A DNA stretch of 64,000 nucleotides from Bdellovibrionota bacterium (GCA_965207455.1 CBDBMJ010000001.1:1440001-1504000); one strand, 5' to 3'; counted from the first letter of the stretch, positions 1-11,241 are shown. Made by a program: numbers and translations. The notes: generated from the letters alone by a model not told the origin.

Positions 1-2
1 TT

Positions 3-1385
3 TTATCTACCTGTCATTTCTTCTGGTCGGATCCATTTGTCAAATTCTTCCTCGGTCACATACGCCAGTGCTAGTGCGGCTTCCTTGAGGGTGGTGCCTT
101 CCTTATAGGCTTTCTTAGCAATCTCGGCTGCTTTTTCATAGCCAATATGGGGGTTGAGTGCGGTTACCAACATAAGAGATTTTTTTAAATTTTCCTCTAT
201 TCGCTCCTTATTGGCTTCAATTCCTCCCATACAGTTTTTTGTAAAAGATAGGCAACCGTCGGAGAGAAGACGAACGGATTGTAAAAAATTATAAATTATT
301 ACGGGTTTAAATACATTTAATTCAAAGTTACCTGAGGCTCCCCCAAAGGCAATGGAAGTATCGTTACCCATTACTTGTACACAAAGCATGGTGAGTGCTT
401 CACATTGTGTTGGGTTTACTTTTCCCGGCATAATGGAGCTGCCTGGTTCATTCTCTGGAATACGAATTTCTCCCAAACCAGCTCGTGGACCTGAGGCGAG
501 CCAGCGTATATCGTTGGCAATTTTAAATAAGGCTCCTGCAAGTGTGCGTAGTGCTCCATGGGCTGCCACAAGGGCATCATTGGCTGCCAGTGCTTCAAAC
601 TTGTTGGGTGCGGTTACAAAGGGAAGGCTTGTGAGTTGAGCAATTTCTTGGGCCACGGCTTTGTCATATCCTTCCAGTGTGTTGAGTCCAGTGCCAACGG
701 CTGTGCCCCCTAATGCAAGCTCATGGAGGTGGGAGAGGGCTCTCTCTATATGTTCAAGAGATTGGGCCAGTTGCCTGCTATAACCGGAAAATTCCTGCCC
801 CAGTGTGAGGGGGGTGGCATCCTGGAGATGGGTGCGACCAATCTTTACCACGTTTTCAAAAGCAGCGCTTTTTTTGTCAATGGTCGCTTTTAGTTTTTTC
901 ACGGAAGGAAGGAGGCCCTGGATTGCTGTAACCGCAGCAATGCTCATTGCTGTGGGAAAAACATCGTTAGAGCTTTGCCCTTTATTGACATCGTCGTTGG
1001 GATGCACGAGTCGATCGCTTCCCCTGGATCCGCCCATAATCTCACTAGCACGATTAGCAATCACTTCATTTACATTCATATTTGTTTGGGTGCCGCTGCC
1101 TGTTTGCCAAACGCTCAAGGGAAATTCTTCTTCATGTTTTCCCGACAAAATCTCATCTATGGCAGCGCAAATGGCTTGTCCCTTTTTCTTATCCAAAACC
1201 CCTTGGCGCATATTGATCGTGGCTGCTGCTTTTTTTACAGTCGCTAGGGCCAGAATTAGTTCGTAGGGCATCTTCTCGGTGGAAATAGCAAAATTTTGCT
1301 TGGATCGTTGGGTTTGAGCTCCCCAAAGCCTATCTGCAGGAACCTCGATAAAACCAAAGGTGTCTTTCTCTTTGCGTACAGTCAT
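3..1385 (-). CDS. fumC: class II fumarate hydratase
   Basis: [11 protein letters not shown] signature, [12 protein letters not shown] and [10 protein letters not shown] motifs; start placed at ATG 1385 ([11 protein letters not shown]). Confidence 0.97.
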   Translation of the reverse strand: MTVRKEKDTFGFIEVPADRLWGAQTQRSKQNFAISTEKMPYELILALATVKKAAATINMRQGVLDKKKGQAICAAIDEILSGKHEEEFPLSVWQTGSGTQTNMNVNEVIANRASEIMGGSRGSDRLVHPNDDVNKGQSSNDVFPTAMSIAAVTAIQGLLPSVKKLKATIDKKSAAFENVVKIGRTHLQDATPLTLGQEFSGYSRQLAQSLEHIERALSHLHELALGGTAVGTGLNTLEGYDKAVAQEIAQLTSLPFVTAPNKFEALAANDALVAAHGALRTLAGALFKIANDIRWLASGPRAGLGEIRIPENEPGSSIMPGKVNPTQCEALTMLCVQVMGNDTSIAFGGASGNFELNVFKPVIIYNFLQSVRLLSDGCLSFTKNCMGGIEANKERIEENLKKSLMLVTALNPHIGYEKAAEIAKKAYKEGTTLKEAALALAYVTEEEFDKWIRPEEMTGR

Positions 1386-1514
1386 ATTTCCTTTCCTGTA
1401 CCTCCTTTTTATCAAAATCCACCACTGCCTTCAAGGAGTTAATGTGCTGGAAAAACCTAGCGTCATTGCGGTGTGGCTATTGAAATCCGCACCCCAACAG
1501 GGTAAAAGCAAGGA

Positions 1515-2558
1515 ATGAAGCATAGTTATACCTATGGAGTCCATTTAAAACGTGTCAGTCGTAGTTTTGCTTTTTGTATAGAGCAGCTACAGCCACCCCA
1601 CAAGGAGTGGATGGGTTTAGCCTATATTTTGTGTCGCATACTGGATACGATAGAGGATGCCCTTTGGGCAGACCCCAGCCAGCAAAAGGAAGCCTTCCAT
1701 CAATTCAATCATTTTATTTCTGCCGACCCCAACCCTCAGGAAGTACGCCAATGGTTACGGACGTTTCCCACCACTATTCCCAAAGGGGAAGCCTTGCTAT
1801 TGGAAAAAGCCGACCTATTTTTTGAAGATCTCCATTCCCTGCCCCTCCCCTTAAAAAAACATTTTCAAAATAGTATTCTGACCATGAGCCAAGGGATGGA
1901 GCATTTTTGTACCCATAAGCAACACAACAATGAGTTGCATTTCCAGTCCATGGCTGAAGTAAATCAATATTGTTTTTTTGTTGCCGGTGTGGTGGGTGAG
2001 CTACTCACCAACGTGTTTACTTTTGTGGAGCCGGACTACGAAGTTACTCCTGAGGTTATCCTCAATGCTTTCCATTTTGGTCTATACCTACAAAAAGTGA
2101 ATATTCTAAAGGATCAACTGGGCGACGAATCTGAGGGACGACACTTTATTCACTCCAGAGAAGAAATACGCAAAAGCCTGGCCACCAACGTGAGAGGAGC
2201 CTTTCGCTACCTCACATCCTTGCCCCTATTGCAGAAAAATTACCGAATATTTTGTGGATGGTCCCTTTTTCTTGGGCTTGCCTCTCTACCTTGGATCGAC
2301 CGGTCTTGGAAAGTAAAAAAATTGGTAAAAATATCCAGACTGGAAACAGCGGCACTGCTGTCCAAAGTAAAATCTGTGATCAACGACAACGAGGCTCTAG
2401 AGAATTTATTCAAAGAGTATATAGATCAATGCGCATTAAAAATCGGAATGGAAACCAAGACACAAGAAAGTAAATCAGTCCAACAGCCCTGGTTTCAAGA
2501 TTTATATACGGGTAAGCTCTCCCCACTGGACATGAAAACTCTTGCCATAACCGAATAA
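1515..2558 (+). CDS. squalene/phytoene synthase family protein (squalene synthase-like)
   Basis: VSRSF, CRILDTIED, YCFFVAGVVG and GLYLQKVNILKD motifs of head-to-head trans-isoprenyl diphosphate synthases. Confidence 0.88.
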   Translation: MKHSYTYGVHLKRVSRSFAFCIEQLQPPHKEWMGLAYILCRILDTIEDALWADPSQQKEAFHQFNHFISADPNPQEVRQWLRTFPTTIPKGEALLLEKADLFFEDLHSLPLPLKKHFQNSILTMSQGMEHFCTHKQHNNELHFQSMAEVNQYCFFVAGVVGELLTNVFTFVEPDYEVTPEVILNAFHFGLYLQKVNILKDQLGDESEGRHFIHSREEIRKSLATNVRGAFRYLTSLPLLQKNYRIFCGWSLFLGLASLPWIDRSWKVKKLVKISRLETAALLSKVKSVINDNEALENLFKEYIDQCALKIGMETKTQESKSVQQPWFQDLYTGKLSPLDMKTLAITE

Positions 2559-3470
2559 CTATTCAGACTTCCAAGCACTGTGGTATCGAGAGGGCAGGTG
2601 AATCTCTAAACTCTGGGCCAGTTCCTCCACAGCGGAACACACTTTGGTTATATCCACACCTGTGGAAAAATCCATTCCATGAAGCATATATAATAAATCT
2701 TCGGTGGCAAGATTTCCAGAAGCTCCCTTGGCATAAGGACAACCACCCAGTCCTCCAGCAGAGGCATCAATTACGGTAATGCCCTCGTCTATGGCACGAA
2801 GGGAGTTGGCAATGGCAGTGCCCCTTGTGTCGTGAAAGTGTACAGCTAGGTGATCCTTCTTGGGGAAGGTTTGTAAAACTTTGGAGACTTGCTTGGGGGT
2901 TGCCACGCCAATAGTATCTCCCAAGGAAATTTCTTCCACACCCATATCCAATAGCTTCTGTGTGATCGTAAACGCTTTTTTAGGATCTGTGGCACCAGAA
3001 TAAGGACAACCCCATACGGTGGAAATATACCCACGAACTTTTATTTTATTTGCTCTCTTCACAATGGACTCAATTACTTGCAGCGCTTTGGTTAGAGACA
3101 TTTGCACATTTTTTTCACTAAACTTTTCACTCGTGGCTGTAAATACAGAAATGTGTTTTGCGCCTGCCTCCAGAGCATTATCTAAGCCTTTTTCATTGGG
3201 CACCAAACACCAAAAACGTTTTTTCTTCCATAGTTCTGGATACTCCAAGGATAATTTTTTTACCACTTCCCCTGTGGCTGCCATCTGCACCACACGATCG
3301 GGACGAACAAAGGCTCCTGCTTCCACATCTTCCAATCCAGAACGAGCCAGTTCCACAATAAACTTCGTTCGCTTTTCCACAAGTTCCTCTTCTGAAAGAA
3401 AACGAAAATTATGCTCGTTTTGCAAACCGTCCCTTGGACCAACCTCTACTACTCGTATTTTTTTTTTCAT
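2559..3470 (-). CDS. liuE: hydroxymethylglutaryl-CoA lyase
   Basis: EVGPRDGLQNE, HFHDTRG and GLGGCPYAKGASGNLATED motifs; last gene of the liu cluster. Confidence 0.95.
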   Translation of the reverse strand: MKKKIRVVEVGPRDGLQNEHNFRFLSEEELVEKRTKFIVELARSGLEDVEAGAFVRPDRVVQMAATGEVVKKLSLEYPELWKKKRFWCLVPNEKGLDNALEAGAKHISVFTATSEKFSEKNVQMSLTKALQVIESIVKRANKIKVRGYISTVWGCPYSGATDPKKAFTITQKLLDMGVEEISLGDTIGVATPKQVSKVLQTFPKKDHLAVHFHDTRGTAIANSLRAIDEGITVIDASAGGLGGCPYAKGASGNLATEDLLYMLHGMDFSTGVDITKVCSAVEELAQSLEIHLPSRYHSAWKSE

Positions 3471-3471
3471 T

Positions 3472-3801
3472 TTATTTATCTATTTTCCAACGAACAAAGA
3501 GAGTACCTTCTTCCAGCACTTCACCTTCCTTCACTAAAACCATATCCACAGTGCCATCACGGGGACTGTCATAAGTATACTCCATTTTCATGGCTTCCAC
3601 ACTTACCACCGCATCTCCACAGGAAATCTTTTGTCCCGAACTTACATGGAGTTTTACCACTTTACAGGAAAAGGGAGCTAGGAGTTCGTTTTCTAGCTTC
3701 CCGCTCTCTACCCTTTTCTCTGGACCACAATAGACCCTATAGATCCTACCTTCGTGCTGAATCCAAAGATCGTTGCCTTGTCTTGTTGCCATAGTATTCA
3801 T
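3472..3801 (-). CDS. stand-alone biotin carboxyl carrier protein (split C-terminal part of the methylcrotonyl-CoA carboxylase alpha subunit)
   Basis: EAMKME biotinylation motif; 4-bp overlap with the upstream biotin carboxylase gene. Confidence 0.9.
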   Translation of the reverse strand: MNTMATRQGNDLWIQHEGRIYRVYCGPEKRVESGKLENELLAPFSCKVVKLHVSSGQKISCGDAVVSVEAMKMEYTYDSPRDGTVDMVLVKEGEVLEEGTLFVRWKIDK

Positions 3802-5291
3802 GGAGCATCCCAGGGAGAGGCAATCTGGTTTGTGATTTGGCCTCCGTTATTTATACTTCTGCTTTTTGAGGAATGAAACAAAGCCTTGGCCTTTTCCTCT
3901 AGCGACTGCGGAATTTCATCCACCCAAGAATAGGAGTCTAAAAATTCCACATGCATGGTTCCCGAACGAAACTCCGGGGTTTGAAGAATATCCTGTAGGT
4001 AATTTATATTGGTAGTTACTCCAAACAATATGGTGTGTTTCAAAGACCACAACATCTTCTCTATGGCTCTTTCCCTATCCACTGCCCAAACCGTAAGCTT
4101 GGCAATCATGGGATCATAGTCCAATGTAATGGTGTGGTTCTCTGGGCTAAGTGCTGTGTCCACTCGAATGCCCACACCCATGGGCCAAACCATTTTCAAT
4201 ACATTTCCTGAGCAAGGAATAAAACCTTTGCTCGGATCTTCGCCGTAAATGCGCACTTCAATGGAGTGACCACGGGGCTTCCAATCCTGATCGGGAAATA
4301 TTTCTGCTAACGGTGTTTTTTCAGCTAAACGAATCTGAGCGTGTACAATATCCACTCCCAAGATGGCTTCTGTTACTGAGTGTTCTACCTGTAAACGAAC
4401 ATTCATCTCAAGGAAATAAAAATTCTCTTTGTCGTCCATTAAAAACTCCACCGTTCCCGCGTTGCTATATTCTGCTGCCTTTCCTATTCGTACGGCTGTC
4501 TGGCAAATTGCTAAACGTGTTTTTTCGCTAAGATGGGATGCGGGAGCCTCTTCAATTACTTTTTGATGACGACGCTGGCTCGAACAATCCCTCTCCCCTA
4601 AATGAATAATCTCTCCCCCATGGTCTCCCAAAATCTGCACCTCGATATGCCGTGCCCTAGAGATATATTTTTCTAAAAATAGGGTGCTGTCTCCAAAAGC
4701 AGACCCTGCCTCCCGTGAAGCACTCTCCACGGCTTTTAACAGATTCTCTTTCTTCTCCACCAAGCGCATTCCCTTACCGCCACCTCCCGCAGATGCTTTT
4801 ACCAAGAGGGGATACCCTATTCTCTCTCCAGCCCCATGGAGATCGGTTGTGCTCTCCACCTTTTCCCAGGGCAATATGGGTACTTGCGCTTTTTCCTGTA
4901 CCTCTTTGGCTAAAATTTTATCCCCAAGGGCTTGCATACTTTTACTTTGGGGACCGATCCATACTATTCCTGCTTGGGTAAAAGCCTGTGCTGCCTGAGA
5001 CTGCTCGGAGAGAAATCCATAACCGGGGTGAACTCCGTTGCATTTTGCTTCCATCCCAATGGCTACTAATTTTTTTATATTCAAGTATGTTTCTTTACTG
5101 TCGCCATCGCCGAGCGAAAACGCTTCATGGGCCAATTGAACGTGACGGGAATTTTTATCCACCTCACTATAAACAGCCACAGTGGTTCTGCCCAGTTCTC
5201 CACAAGCTTGAATTAAACGACAAGCAATTTCTCCTCGATTAATAATAAGGATGCGCTGAAGTTTGCCTTTAACCTGAGATTTATTCCCCAT
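3798..5291 (-). CDS. liuD: biotin carboxylase, methylcrotonyl-CoA carboxylase alpha subunit (no fused BCCP)
   Basis: NRGEIA, HPGYGFLSE, GGGGKGMR, ERDCSSQRRHQK and EMNVRLQVEH motifs; liu context. Confidence 0.88.
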   Translation of the reverse strand: MGNKSQVKGKLQRILIINRGEIACRLIQACGELGRTTVAVYSEVDKNSRHVQLAHEAFSLGDGDSKETYLNIKKLVAIGMEAKCNGVHPGYGFLSEQSQAAQAFTQAGIVWIGPQSKSMQALGDKILAKEVQEKAQVPILPWEKVESTTDLHGAGERIGYPLLVKASAGGGGKGMRLVEKKENLLKAVESASREAGSAFGDSTLFLEKYISRARHIEVQILGDHGGEIIHLGERDCSSQRRHQKVIEEAPASHLSEKTRLAICQTAVRIGKAAEYSNAGTVEFLMDDKENFYFLEMNVRLQVEHSVTEAILGVDIVHAQIRLAEKTPLAEIFPDQDWKPRGHSIEVRIYGEDPSKGFIPCSGNVLKMVWPMGVGIRVDTALSPENHTITLDYDPMIAKLTVWAVDRERAIEKMLWSLKHTILFGVTTNINYLQDILQTPEFRSGTMHVEFLDSYSWVDEIPQSLEEKAKALFHSSKSRSINNGGQITNQIASPWDAP

Positions 5292-5292
5292 A

Positions 5293-6096
5293 CTACTCTC
5301 GCCAACCCGGAGAACGCTTTTCTAAAAATGCCTTCAAGCCCTCCTGAGCTTCCTCCTGAGTACGAAGTTGGGCCAACGCCTTGGCTGAAAAATCTAAATC
5401 CCTCTCCACCACTTCCTGAGTATCCACCAATGTATGGATTAAATTCTTTGCTGTCCTGATGGCATGGGCACCACCCGTGAGCATTTCTTCCACCCTTTGC
5501 TGGAGGCAGGACTCTAAATCACCGCTTGGAGCCACCTCGTGTACCAAACCAATGGCTTGAGCTTTTTTACTATCAAAGCGCTCACCAGAAAGAAACAGGG
5601 ACCGACAATGACTGGATCCAATCTTTTTCAACACAAAGGGGGCAATACAAGCAGGAATTAAACCCAGCTTTACCTCGGACAAACTAAATACACAGCCCTC
5701 CTCAGCAATCACATGATCGCAAACACTCACTAAACCCACACCACCGCCAATGGCATAACCATGGATCAAACCCAAAACAGGCAAAGGACATTGATCAATG
5801 GCTAAAAACATTCGAGTGAGCACCTGGCACTCTTTAAAATTTTCTTCCTCGCTCAAGCATAAACTATCCTTCATCCACTGGAGATCCCCTCCTCCACAAA
5901 AGGCCTTTCCTTCTCCTCGAAGCACCACAAGACGTAATTTTTCATTGTCTTTTTGCTCCAGTGCCAGCGATGTGAATAAAAGTCGCAATTCCTCAATTAA
6001 ACCCTGATTAAAGGCATTTCTTTTTTCTGGGCGACTCAAAGAAACACTCAACACCCGTTTGTTTTCCACATTTAATTTAATATATTTATATTCCAT
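5293..6096 (-). CDS. liuC: methylglutaconyl-CoA hydratase (enoyl-CoA hydratase family)
   Basis: Crotonase motifs AFCGGGDL, GGGVGL and SEVKLGLIPA; liu context. Confidence 0.88.
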   Translation of the reverse strand: MEYKYIKLNVENKRVLSVSLSRPEKRNAFNQGLIEELRLLFTSLALEQKDNEKLRLVVLRGEGKAFCGGGDLQWMKDSLCLSEEENFKECQVLTRMFLAIDQCPLPVLGLIHGYAIGGGVGLVSVCDHVIAEEGCVFSLSEVKLGLIPACIAPFVLKKIGSSHCRSLFLSGERFDSKKAQAIGLVHEVAPSGDLESCLQQRVEEMLTGGAHAIRTAKNLIHTLVDTQEVVERDLDFSAKALAQLRTQEEAQEGLKAFLEKRSPGWRE

Positions 6097-6120
6097 TTTC
6101 TTCTCTCCATCATAAATAGC

Positions 6121-7704
6121 TTACATACGAAAAATTCCATATTCAACGGGGTCTAGGGGTCGGTTGTCCAAAGACATGGCTAGGGCTAGGGCTAGTTTTT
6201 CCCGGGTTTGAGCAGGGTCGATAATACCGTCGTCCCAAAGCTTAGCCGTACTATTATAAGGGCTACTTTCCTTTTCGTATGTGGCAAGTATCTTGCTCTC
6301 TAAAGCCGCCTTCTCTTTCTTCCCACCTGAATATACGGAACCTAATACTTGGGCTGCCTGCTCTCCCCCCATTACAGAAATCTTTGCATTGGGCCACATC
6401 CAAAGCAATCGAGGTGAATAAGCCCGACCACACATACCGTAATTGCCAGCACCAAAGGAACCACCAATGATCACTGTAAACTTAGGAACCCTGGCATTGG
6501 CCACAGCCATCACCATCTTTGCTCCATCCTTTGCAATTCCACCATGCTCTGCTTTTCCTCCCACCATAAAGCCCGTAATATTTTGAAGAAATACGAGAGG
6601 AATCCCCCGCTGGTTGCAAATCTCAATAAAGTGGGTAGCCTTTAATGCACTCTCGGAAAACAACACTCCATTGTTGCTAATGATCCCAACGGGATAACCC
6701 TCGATATGGGCAAAACCACAAACCACGGTGGTGCCATAGTAGGACTTAAATTCATGGAAGCGACTCCCATCTACTAAGCGAGCAATGACCTCTTTGGAGT
6801 CATAGGGCTTGCGCAAATCCTTGGGTACAATTCCATAGAGTTCATTGGCTGGATATAACGGTTCTTCCGGTTCCTCCCGTTTATATTCTGCGGGGCTTGC
6901 CTTTCCTAAACCATTAACGATCGTGCGTAGAATTTCCAGTGCGTGGGAATCACTTTGAGCATAATAATCCGCAACACCACTGCGCTTACAATGGGTATCA
7001 GCTCCACCCAATTCCTCAGCACTAATCTCCTCTCCTGTAGCTGCTTTTACCAGTGGAGGACCCGCTAGAAAAATTGTAGCTTGGTTTTTCACCATAATGG
7101 TTTCATCGCTCATGGCAGGAATATAGGCCCCTCCTGCGGTACAACTTCCCATTACCGATGCAATCTGAGGAATCCCCTTGGCACTCATCTGCGCTTGATT
7201 ATAGAAGATGCGTCCAAAGTGTTCTTTGTCGGGAAATACCTCACTTTGTAGGGGCAGGTAGGCTCCTCCAGAGTCAATAAGATAAATACAGGGCAGGCGG
7301 TTTTCAAAAGCAATTTCTTGGGCACGGAGGTGTTTTTTCACTGTCATGGGAAAATACGTTCCTCCCTTTACAGTGGCATCGTTGGCAAGAATCATCACCT
7401 CTCGACCACTAACTCGTCCCACACCCGACACAATTCCCGCACAAGGCGCATCTCCCCCATACATTCCATACCCAGCCAAAGATGATAGCTCTAAAAAGGG
7501 TGTGCCCGGATCAATTAGCTTTTCAATGCGATCCCGTACAAATAACTTTCCCCGATCCTCATGTTTTTTTCGAGCACCTGGACTCCCTCCCTGCTCCACC
7601 TCTCGCATTTTCTCTTGTAATCCCGAAACTAATTCCTGATTGTGTCGACAGTTCTCTTGAAAAGCCGCTCCCTTGGTCTGCACTTTCGATTCAATAACGG
7701 ACAT
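6121..7704 (-). CDS. liuB: methylcrotonyl-CoA carboxylase beta (carboxyltransferase) subunit
   Basis: [35 protein letters not shown] and C-terminal YGIFRM. Confidence 0.95.
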   Translation of the reverse strand: MSVIESKVQTKGAAFQENCRHNQELVSGLQEKMREVEQGGSPGARKKHEDRGKLFVRDRIEKLIDPGTPFLELSSLAGYGMYGGDAPCAGIVSGVGRVSGREVMILANDATVKGGTYFPMTVKKHLRAQEIAFENRLPCIYLIDSGGAYLPLQSEVFPDKEHFGRIFYNQAQMSAKGIPQIASVMGSCTAGGAYIPAMSDETIMVKNQATIFLAGPPLVKAATGEEISAEELGGADTHCKRSGVADYYAQSDSHALEILRTIVNGLGKASPAEYKREEPEEPLYPANELYGIVPKDLRKPYDSKEVIARLVDGSRFHEFKSYYGTTVVCGFAHIEGYPVGIISNNGVLFSESALKATHFIEICNQRGIPLVFLQNITGFMVGGKAEHGGIAKDGAKMVMAVANARVPKFTVIIGGSFGAGNYGMCGRAYSPRLLWMWPNAKISVMGGEQAAQVLGSVYSGGKKEKAALESKILATYEKESSPYNSTAKLWDDGIIDPAQTREKLALALAMSLDNRPLDPVEYGIFRM

Positions 7705-7888
7705 AAACTCTTTCTCCTCAGTAACCCTAGGTGCACTTTACAGGATTAGCCTGTATAAAAAAACCTAAATTACGCAGATGGATACGTAGAGTTAAATTTT
7801 ATTGCCATACCCTTCGAGAAATGCAGGCGCCATCATGACGAAAGGCGTCTACACAAGTATAATAAGAAGGAGAATCTTTGAGAGAGGC

Positions 7889-8431
7889 TTATTCCGTTAT
7901 TTTTGTCACCACTAAACGAAAGCGTTTATAGCCCGCAAGCCCTGCGGTATACATTACCCTTCGGATAAGTTGGTAGGGAACTGTTTTATCCGACTGAACA
8001 AGGAGATCTCCTGTCCACCTCTTCATGTTTTTCTTATCTCCACTACGACTAGCCAGTAGCTCATGGTTGGCTTTCTTTTGCCTTAGAACATCAAATAAAG
8101 GCAGGATTCTTTTATCCTTTGTTGTGGCTGAGCTGGGTACTTGAAATCTTGCCTTTCCCGGTGTTGGCACAAATTCCAAAATCATCTGATTGTCGAAAAA
8201 CATTTTTTCCTTCGTAATCGCCAATATGAAACCCTCGCCTGATATTGCTCTCATGGTAGATATGGGAAGATCGATAACCTTGGAATGTTGGATATTCATG
8301 CTGGATGTGCCGAAGCTTTTCAATAAAAAGACAACAATAATAATTAAAGAGTCCAGCAAGCTCGTCAGTTGTAAGGTAAATCCTTCATCAATTCTATGCC
8401 TGCGACGAGTTCGTTTACGAATAGAAGACAT
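7889..8431 (-). CDS. ExbD/TolR family protein (AglS-like)
   Basis: Single TM segment LTSLLDSLIIIVVFLLKSF with conserved Asp; C-terminal QSDKTVPYQLIRRVMYTA. Confidence 0.85.
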   Translation of the reverse strand: MSSIRKRTRRRHRIDEGFTLQLTSLLDSLIIIVVFLLKSFGTSSMNIQHSKVIDLPISTMRAISGEGFILAITKEKMFFDNQMILEFVPTPGKARFQVPSSATTKDKRILPLFDVLRQKKANHELLASRSGDKKNMKRWTGDLLVQSDKTVPYQLIRRVMYTAGLAGYKRFRLVVTKITE

Positions 8432-8434
8432 TAT

Positions 8435-8977
8435 CTACGCTCCACCTAAAATATTTCCAAAAACCACTGCGGGAAATAAATCTGTTATTATTTTATCATC
8501 TCCATTTGCATCTTGAATGTACAAAGGAGCGTCTCCTCTTAAAATAAGTCTACTGGCGTCCATGATGTTCACAATATCATTATAGGGAATATTATCATCA
8601 GGCATAAAAACAATTTGGCGTTCATAGGGATATTTTCTCTTAATCTCCAACAGCACTGCATGGAATTTATATAAATTATATTTTTTTTCTGTGCGAACAA
8701 TCCTCAGGACAGGAATACGGTTAAAGGAACTACTGAGTTCAATAAAGTCCGAGTGGATCCATAGCATTAGGGAAAGGGGCTTTTTGTTCTTGGGGAGCTC
8801 TGCTTGGGTGGATACAATGGGTACCGGCGTATCAATCAAGGTTACTGCTAATAGAGAGGTGGCCATCAATAAAAAAGCCACCAGGGTAATAAGCACGTCC
8901 AGCATGGGAATCAAAGGTAAATCCCCTTCACCTTGCCGACTCCTGTCCGCTCTATATGCAGAAGGTTTTCTTAACAT
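8435..8977 (-). CDS. ExbD/TolR family protein (AglQ-like)
   Basis: LIPMLDVLITLVAFLL TM segment with conserved Asp; PDDNIPYNDIVNIMDA. Confidence 0.85.
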   Translation of the reverse strand: MLRKPSAYRADRSRQGEGDLPLIPMLDVLITLVAFLLMATSLLAVTLIDTPVPIVSTQAELPKNKKPLSLMLWIHSDFIELSSSFNRIPVLRIVRTEKKYNLYKFHAVLLEIKRKYPYERQIVFMPDDNIPYNDIVNIMDASRLILRGDAPLYIQDANGDDKIITDLFPAVVFGNILGGA

Positions 8978-8992
8978 AAACCCCTCGTGTAC

Positions 8993-9661
8993 CTATAAGG
9001 AACTTTCCGTGGAATGTTTATAAGATTTCATCGTAAGCAAATCAATTATTTTCACACCAAACTCGTCCACCTCGTCGATGAGGGCAACGGATCGTGCTCC
9101 CAACAAGGAATGGAGTAGCATGGTAGTAATTGCCACGATTAAACCAAATGCTGTACAGTTTAGGGCTTCAGAAATACCTGCTGCAAGAATTCCCTGTCGC
9201 TCCGATGCCTCTGCCACCGCAATTCCTCCAAAGGAGTGTATCAAGCCTGCAATGGTACCCAACAAACCCAGCAAAGTAGCCACATTGGCAATCAAGGCTA
9301 AATAACGAAGCCTGCGTTCGAGCTTGGGAAGCACCTCCAAGGAAGCTGCATCCACCGCATTTTGAATTTGAGTTTCATTCTGTGAGGCTCGCTTCAATCC
9401 AGCTTTCAATACCTTGGGAAGAAGGGCACTGCCCGAACTATTACAAAGGCGTATTGCCCCATCCAGGTCATCGGCTAAAACATATTTTTCTATTTCAAAC
9501 ATAAAGCTACGACCATCCACTCCATACTGAAACATCAAGCGAATAAATCGCTCAAACGCAATCGCTATTGCCACTGCAAAAGCAAACGCTATGGGATGCA
9601 TAAACCACCCCCCCAACTTATATTGAATCAATAAATTCTCTAAAAAACCTTGATCTAGCAT
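8993..9661 (-). CDS. MotA/TolQ/ExbB proton channel protein (AglR-like)
   Basis: ANVATLLGLLGTIAGLI and GISEALNCTAFGL motifs. Confidence 0.9.
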   Translation of the reverse strand: MLDQGFLENLLIQYKLGGWFMHPIAFAFAVAIAIAFERFIRLMFQYGVDGRSFMFEIEKYVLADDLDGAIRLCNSSGSALLPKVLKAGLKRASQNETQIQNAVDAASLEVLPKLERRLRYLALIANVATLLGLLGTIAGLIHSFGGIAVAEASERQGILAAGISEALNCTAFGLIVAITTMLLHSLLGARSVALIDEVDEFGVKIIDLLTMKSYKHSTESSL

Positions 9662-9718
9662 GATTTTCCTCCTTAAAATTATACCTTTTTCCTAGTAAAA
9701 ATACTAAAAACCCAATGG

Positions 9719-10051
9719 TCAGATCAGTACTTTCTTAAATAAATCGTTCTCAATCTTATCCTTGGACTGGTTTCCCACCATTTGCTCGAACGTTTTCCCA
9801 TCTTTAAACGCAAGCAAGAACGGCACTCCACGAACCTCATATTTCTGAGCGATCCCTGGGCTTTCGTCCACATTCAGCTTTACCACCTTTACCTTACCAG
9901 AATACTGCTCTGCTAATGCTTCTAGTGTGGGCGTCAAGGCCCGGCAAGGACCACACCACTCTGCCCAGAAATCTACGATCACTGGACCATCATGGCTCAA
10001 TACATCCTCTTGAAAAGAAGCGTCTGTTGTATTAAAAATAAATTCCGACAA
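9719..10051 (-). CDS. trxA: thioredoxin
   Basis: DFWAEWCGPC active site. Confidence 0.97.
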   Translation of the reverse strand: MSEFIFNTTDASFQEDVLSHDGPVIVDFWAEWCGPCRALTPTLEALAEQYSGKVKVVKLNVDESPGIAQKYEVRGVPFLLAFKDGKTFEQMVGNQSKDKIENDLFKKVLI

Positions 10052-10142
10052 TGTTATTTCCTTTCTTTATGTTCTATCTTCCAGTGTAAAACGATAGTAG
10101 ACTATTAGGCAATGGGTTTTAGTGATTAAATAAGAGAGGAAC

Positions 10143-10739
10143 ATGGAAACAATACCTCCAAGCGCTATCCAAAAACGGATTACCGATCAGGTGGAGGAGT
10201 CTATCCGTGTACAAAGGGATTTTTTTAAAAAAGAGAGTTCCCGACTAGCACAGGTAGCTGAAAAAATGTCCACCACCATCGCTTCGGGCAATAAAATACT
10301 GATCTGTGGAAATGGGGGATCGGCTGCCGACTCTCAGCATTTTGCTGGCGAAATGGTGGGGCGGTTCCTCTCCGAAAGAAGGGCCCTGCCTGCCATAGCC
10401 CTAACCACAGATACATCCATACTCACTGCCATAGGCAACGATTATGGCTACGAGGAGGTGTTTTCCCGACAGGTCGAGGGTCTGGGTAGGTCCGGCGATC
10501 TGCTCTTTGCCATCTCCACCAGTGGCAACTCTCCCAACGTTCTGCGGGCCGTGGAGGCAGCAAAAGGGCTCGACATACCAATAGTGGCACTTACGGGTCA
10601 AGATGGGGGAGAGCTGGGTAAACTGGCAGATATTCATTTAAATGTAGCTCTGGGGAAAAATTCTCCTAGAATTCAGGAAACTCATATTATGATTATTCAT
10701 ATACTGGTGGATTTGTTGGATACGTATTTCCATAAATAA
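10143..10739 (+). CDS. gmhA: phosphoheptose (sedoheptulose-7-phosphate) isomerase
   Basis: CGNGGSAADSQHFA, TAIGNDYGY, STSGNS and RIQETH motifs. Confidence 0.96.
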   Translation: METIPPSAIQKRITDQVEESIRVQRDFFKKESSRLAQVAEKMSTTIASGNKILICGNGGSAADSQHFAGEMVGRFLSERRALPAIALTTDTSILTAIGNDYGYEEVFSRQVEGLGRSGDLLFAISTSGNSPNVLRAVEAAKGLDIPIVALTGQDGGELGKLADIHLNVALGKNSPRIQETHIMIIHILVDLLDTYFHK

Positions 10740-10740
10740 A

Positions 10741-11208
10741 ATGAAAGAAATGAAAACAAATGAAAGTTTAGAGAAAATAAAGGAAGCCTTTAAGGATGCT
10801 TTGGGCCCTCCCTTATTTCTCAATCGTATTGTGGGAAAATCCATAGACTTGGTGATTGCGATTGCTCTGTCTTCAGCAATCTATCCTGCTGGTCACCTCG
10901 CTGCTTTTTTATATATTTTAATTGCCGACGGTCTCAAAGGACAAAGTATTGGGAAAAAAATAGTACGAATCTATGTAATTAACACGGCAACAGATAAGAA
11001 AACACGTTTTCGTGAATCAATCTTACGCAACTCGCCTATCGCTTTAGTGTTATTATTCTTGTTAATTCCTCCTATCGGGTGGATACTATTATTTATAATA
11101 GGTTTACCTGTCATCGCTATGGAAATTTATCTTATGAAAACTGTGGAAAAGCAGCTTCGATTAGGAGATACTATAGCTGATACTAGGGTGTTGGAACTGA
11201 ATGACTGA
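10741..11208 (+). CDS. RDD family membrane protein
   Basis: R..G..ID, GQSIGK and RLGD.IADTRV pattern with hydrophobic segments. Confidence 0.85.
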   Translation: MKEMKTNESLEKIKEAFKDALGPPLFLNRIVGKSIDLVIAIALSSAIYPAGHLAAFLYILIADGLKGQSIGKKIVRIYVINTATDKKTRFRESILRNSPIALVLLFLLIPPIGWILLFIIGLPVIAMEIYLMKTVEKQLRLGDTIADTRVLELND

Positions 11209-11241
11209 AAGGTCGCAAAGCTTCAAGGAAGGGGCAATAAT

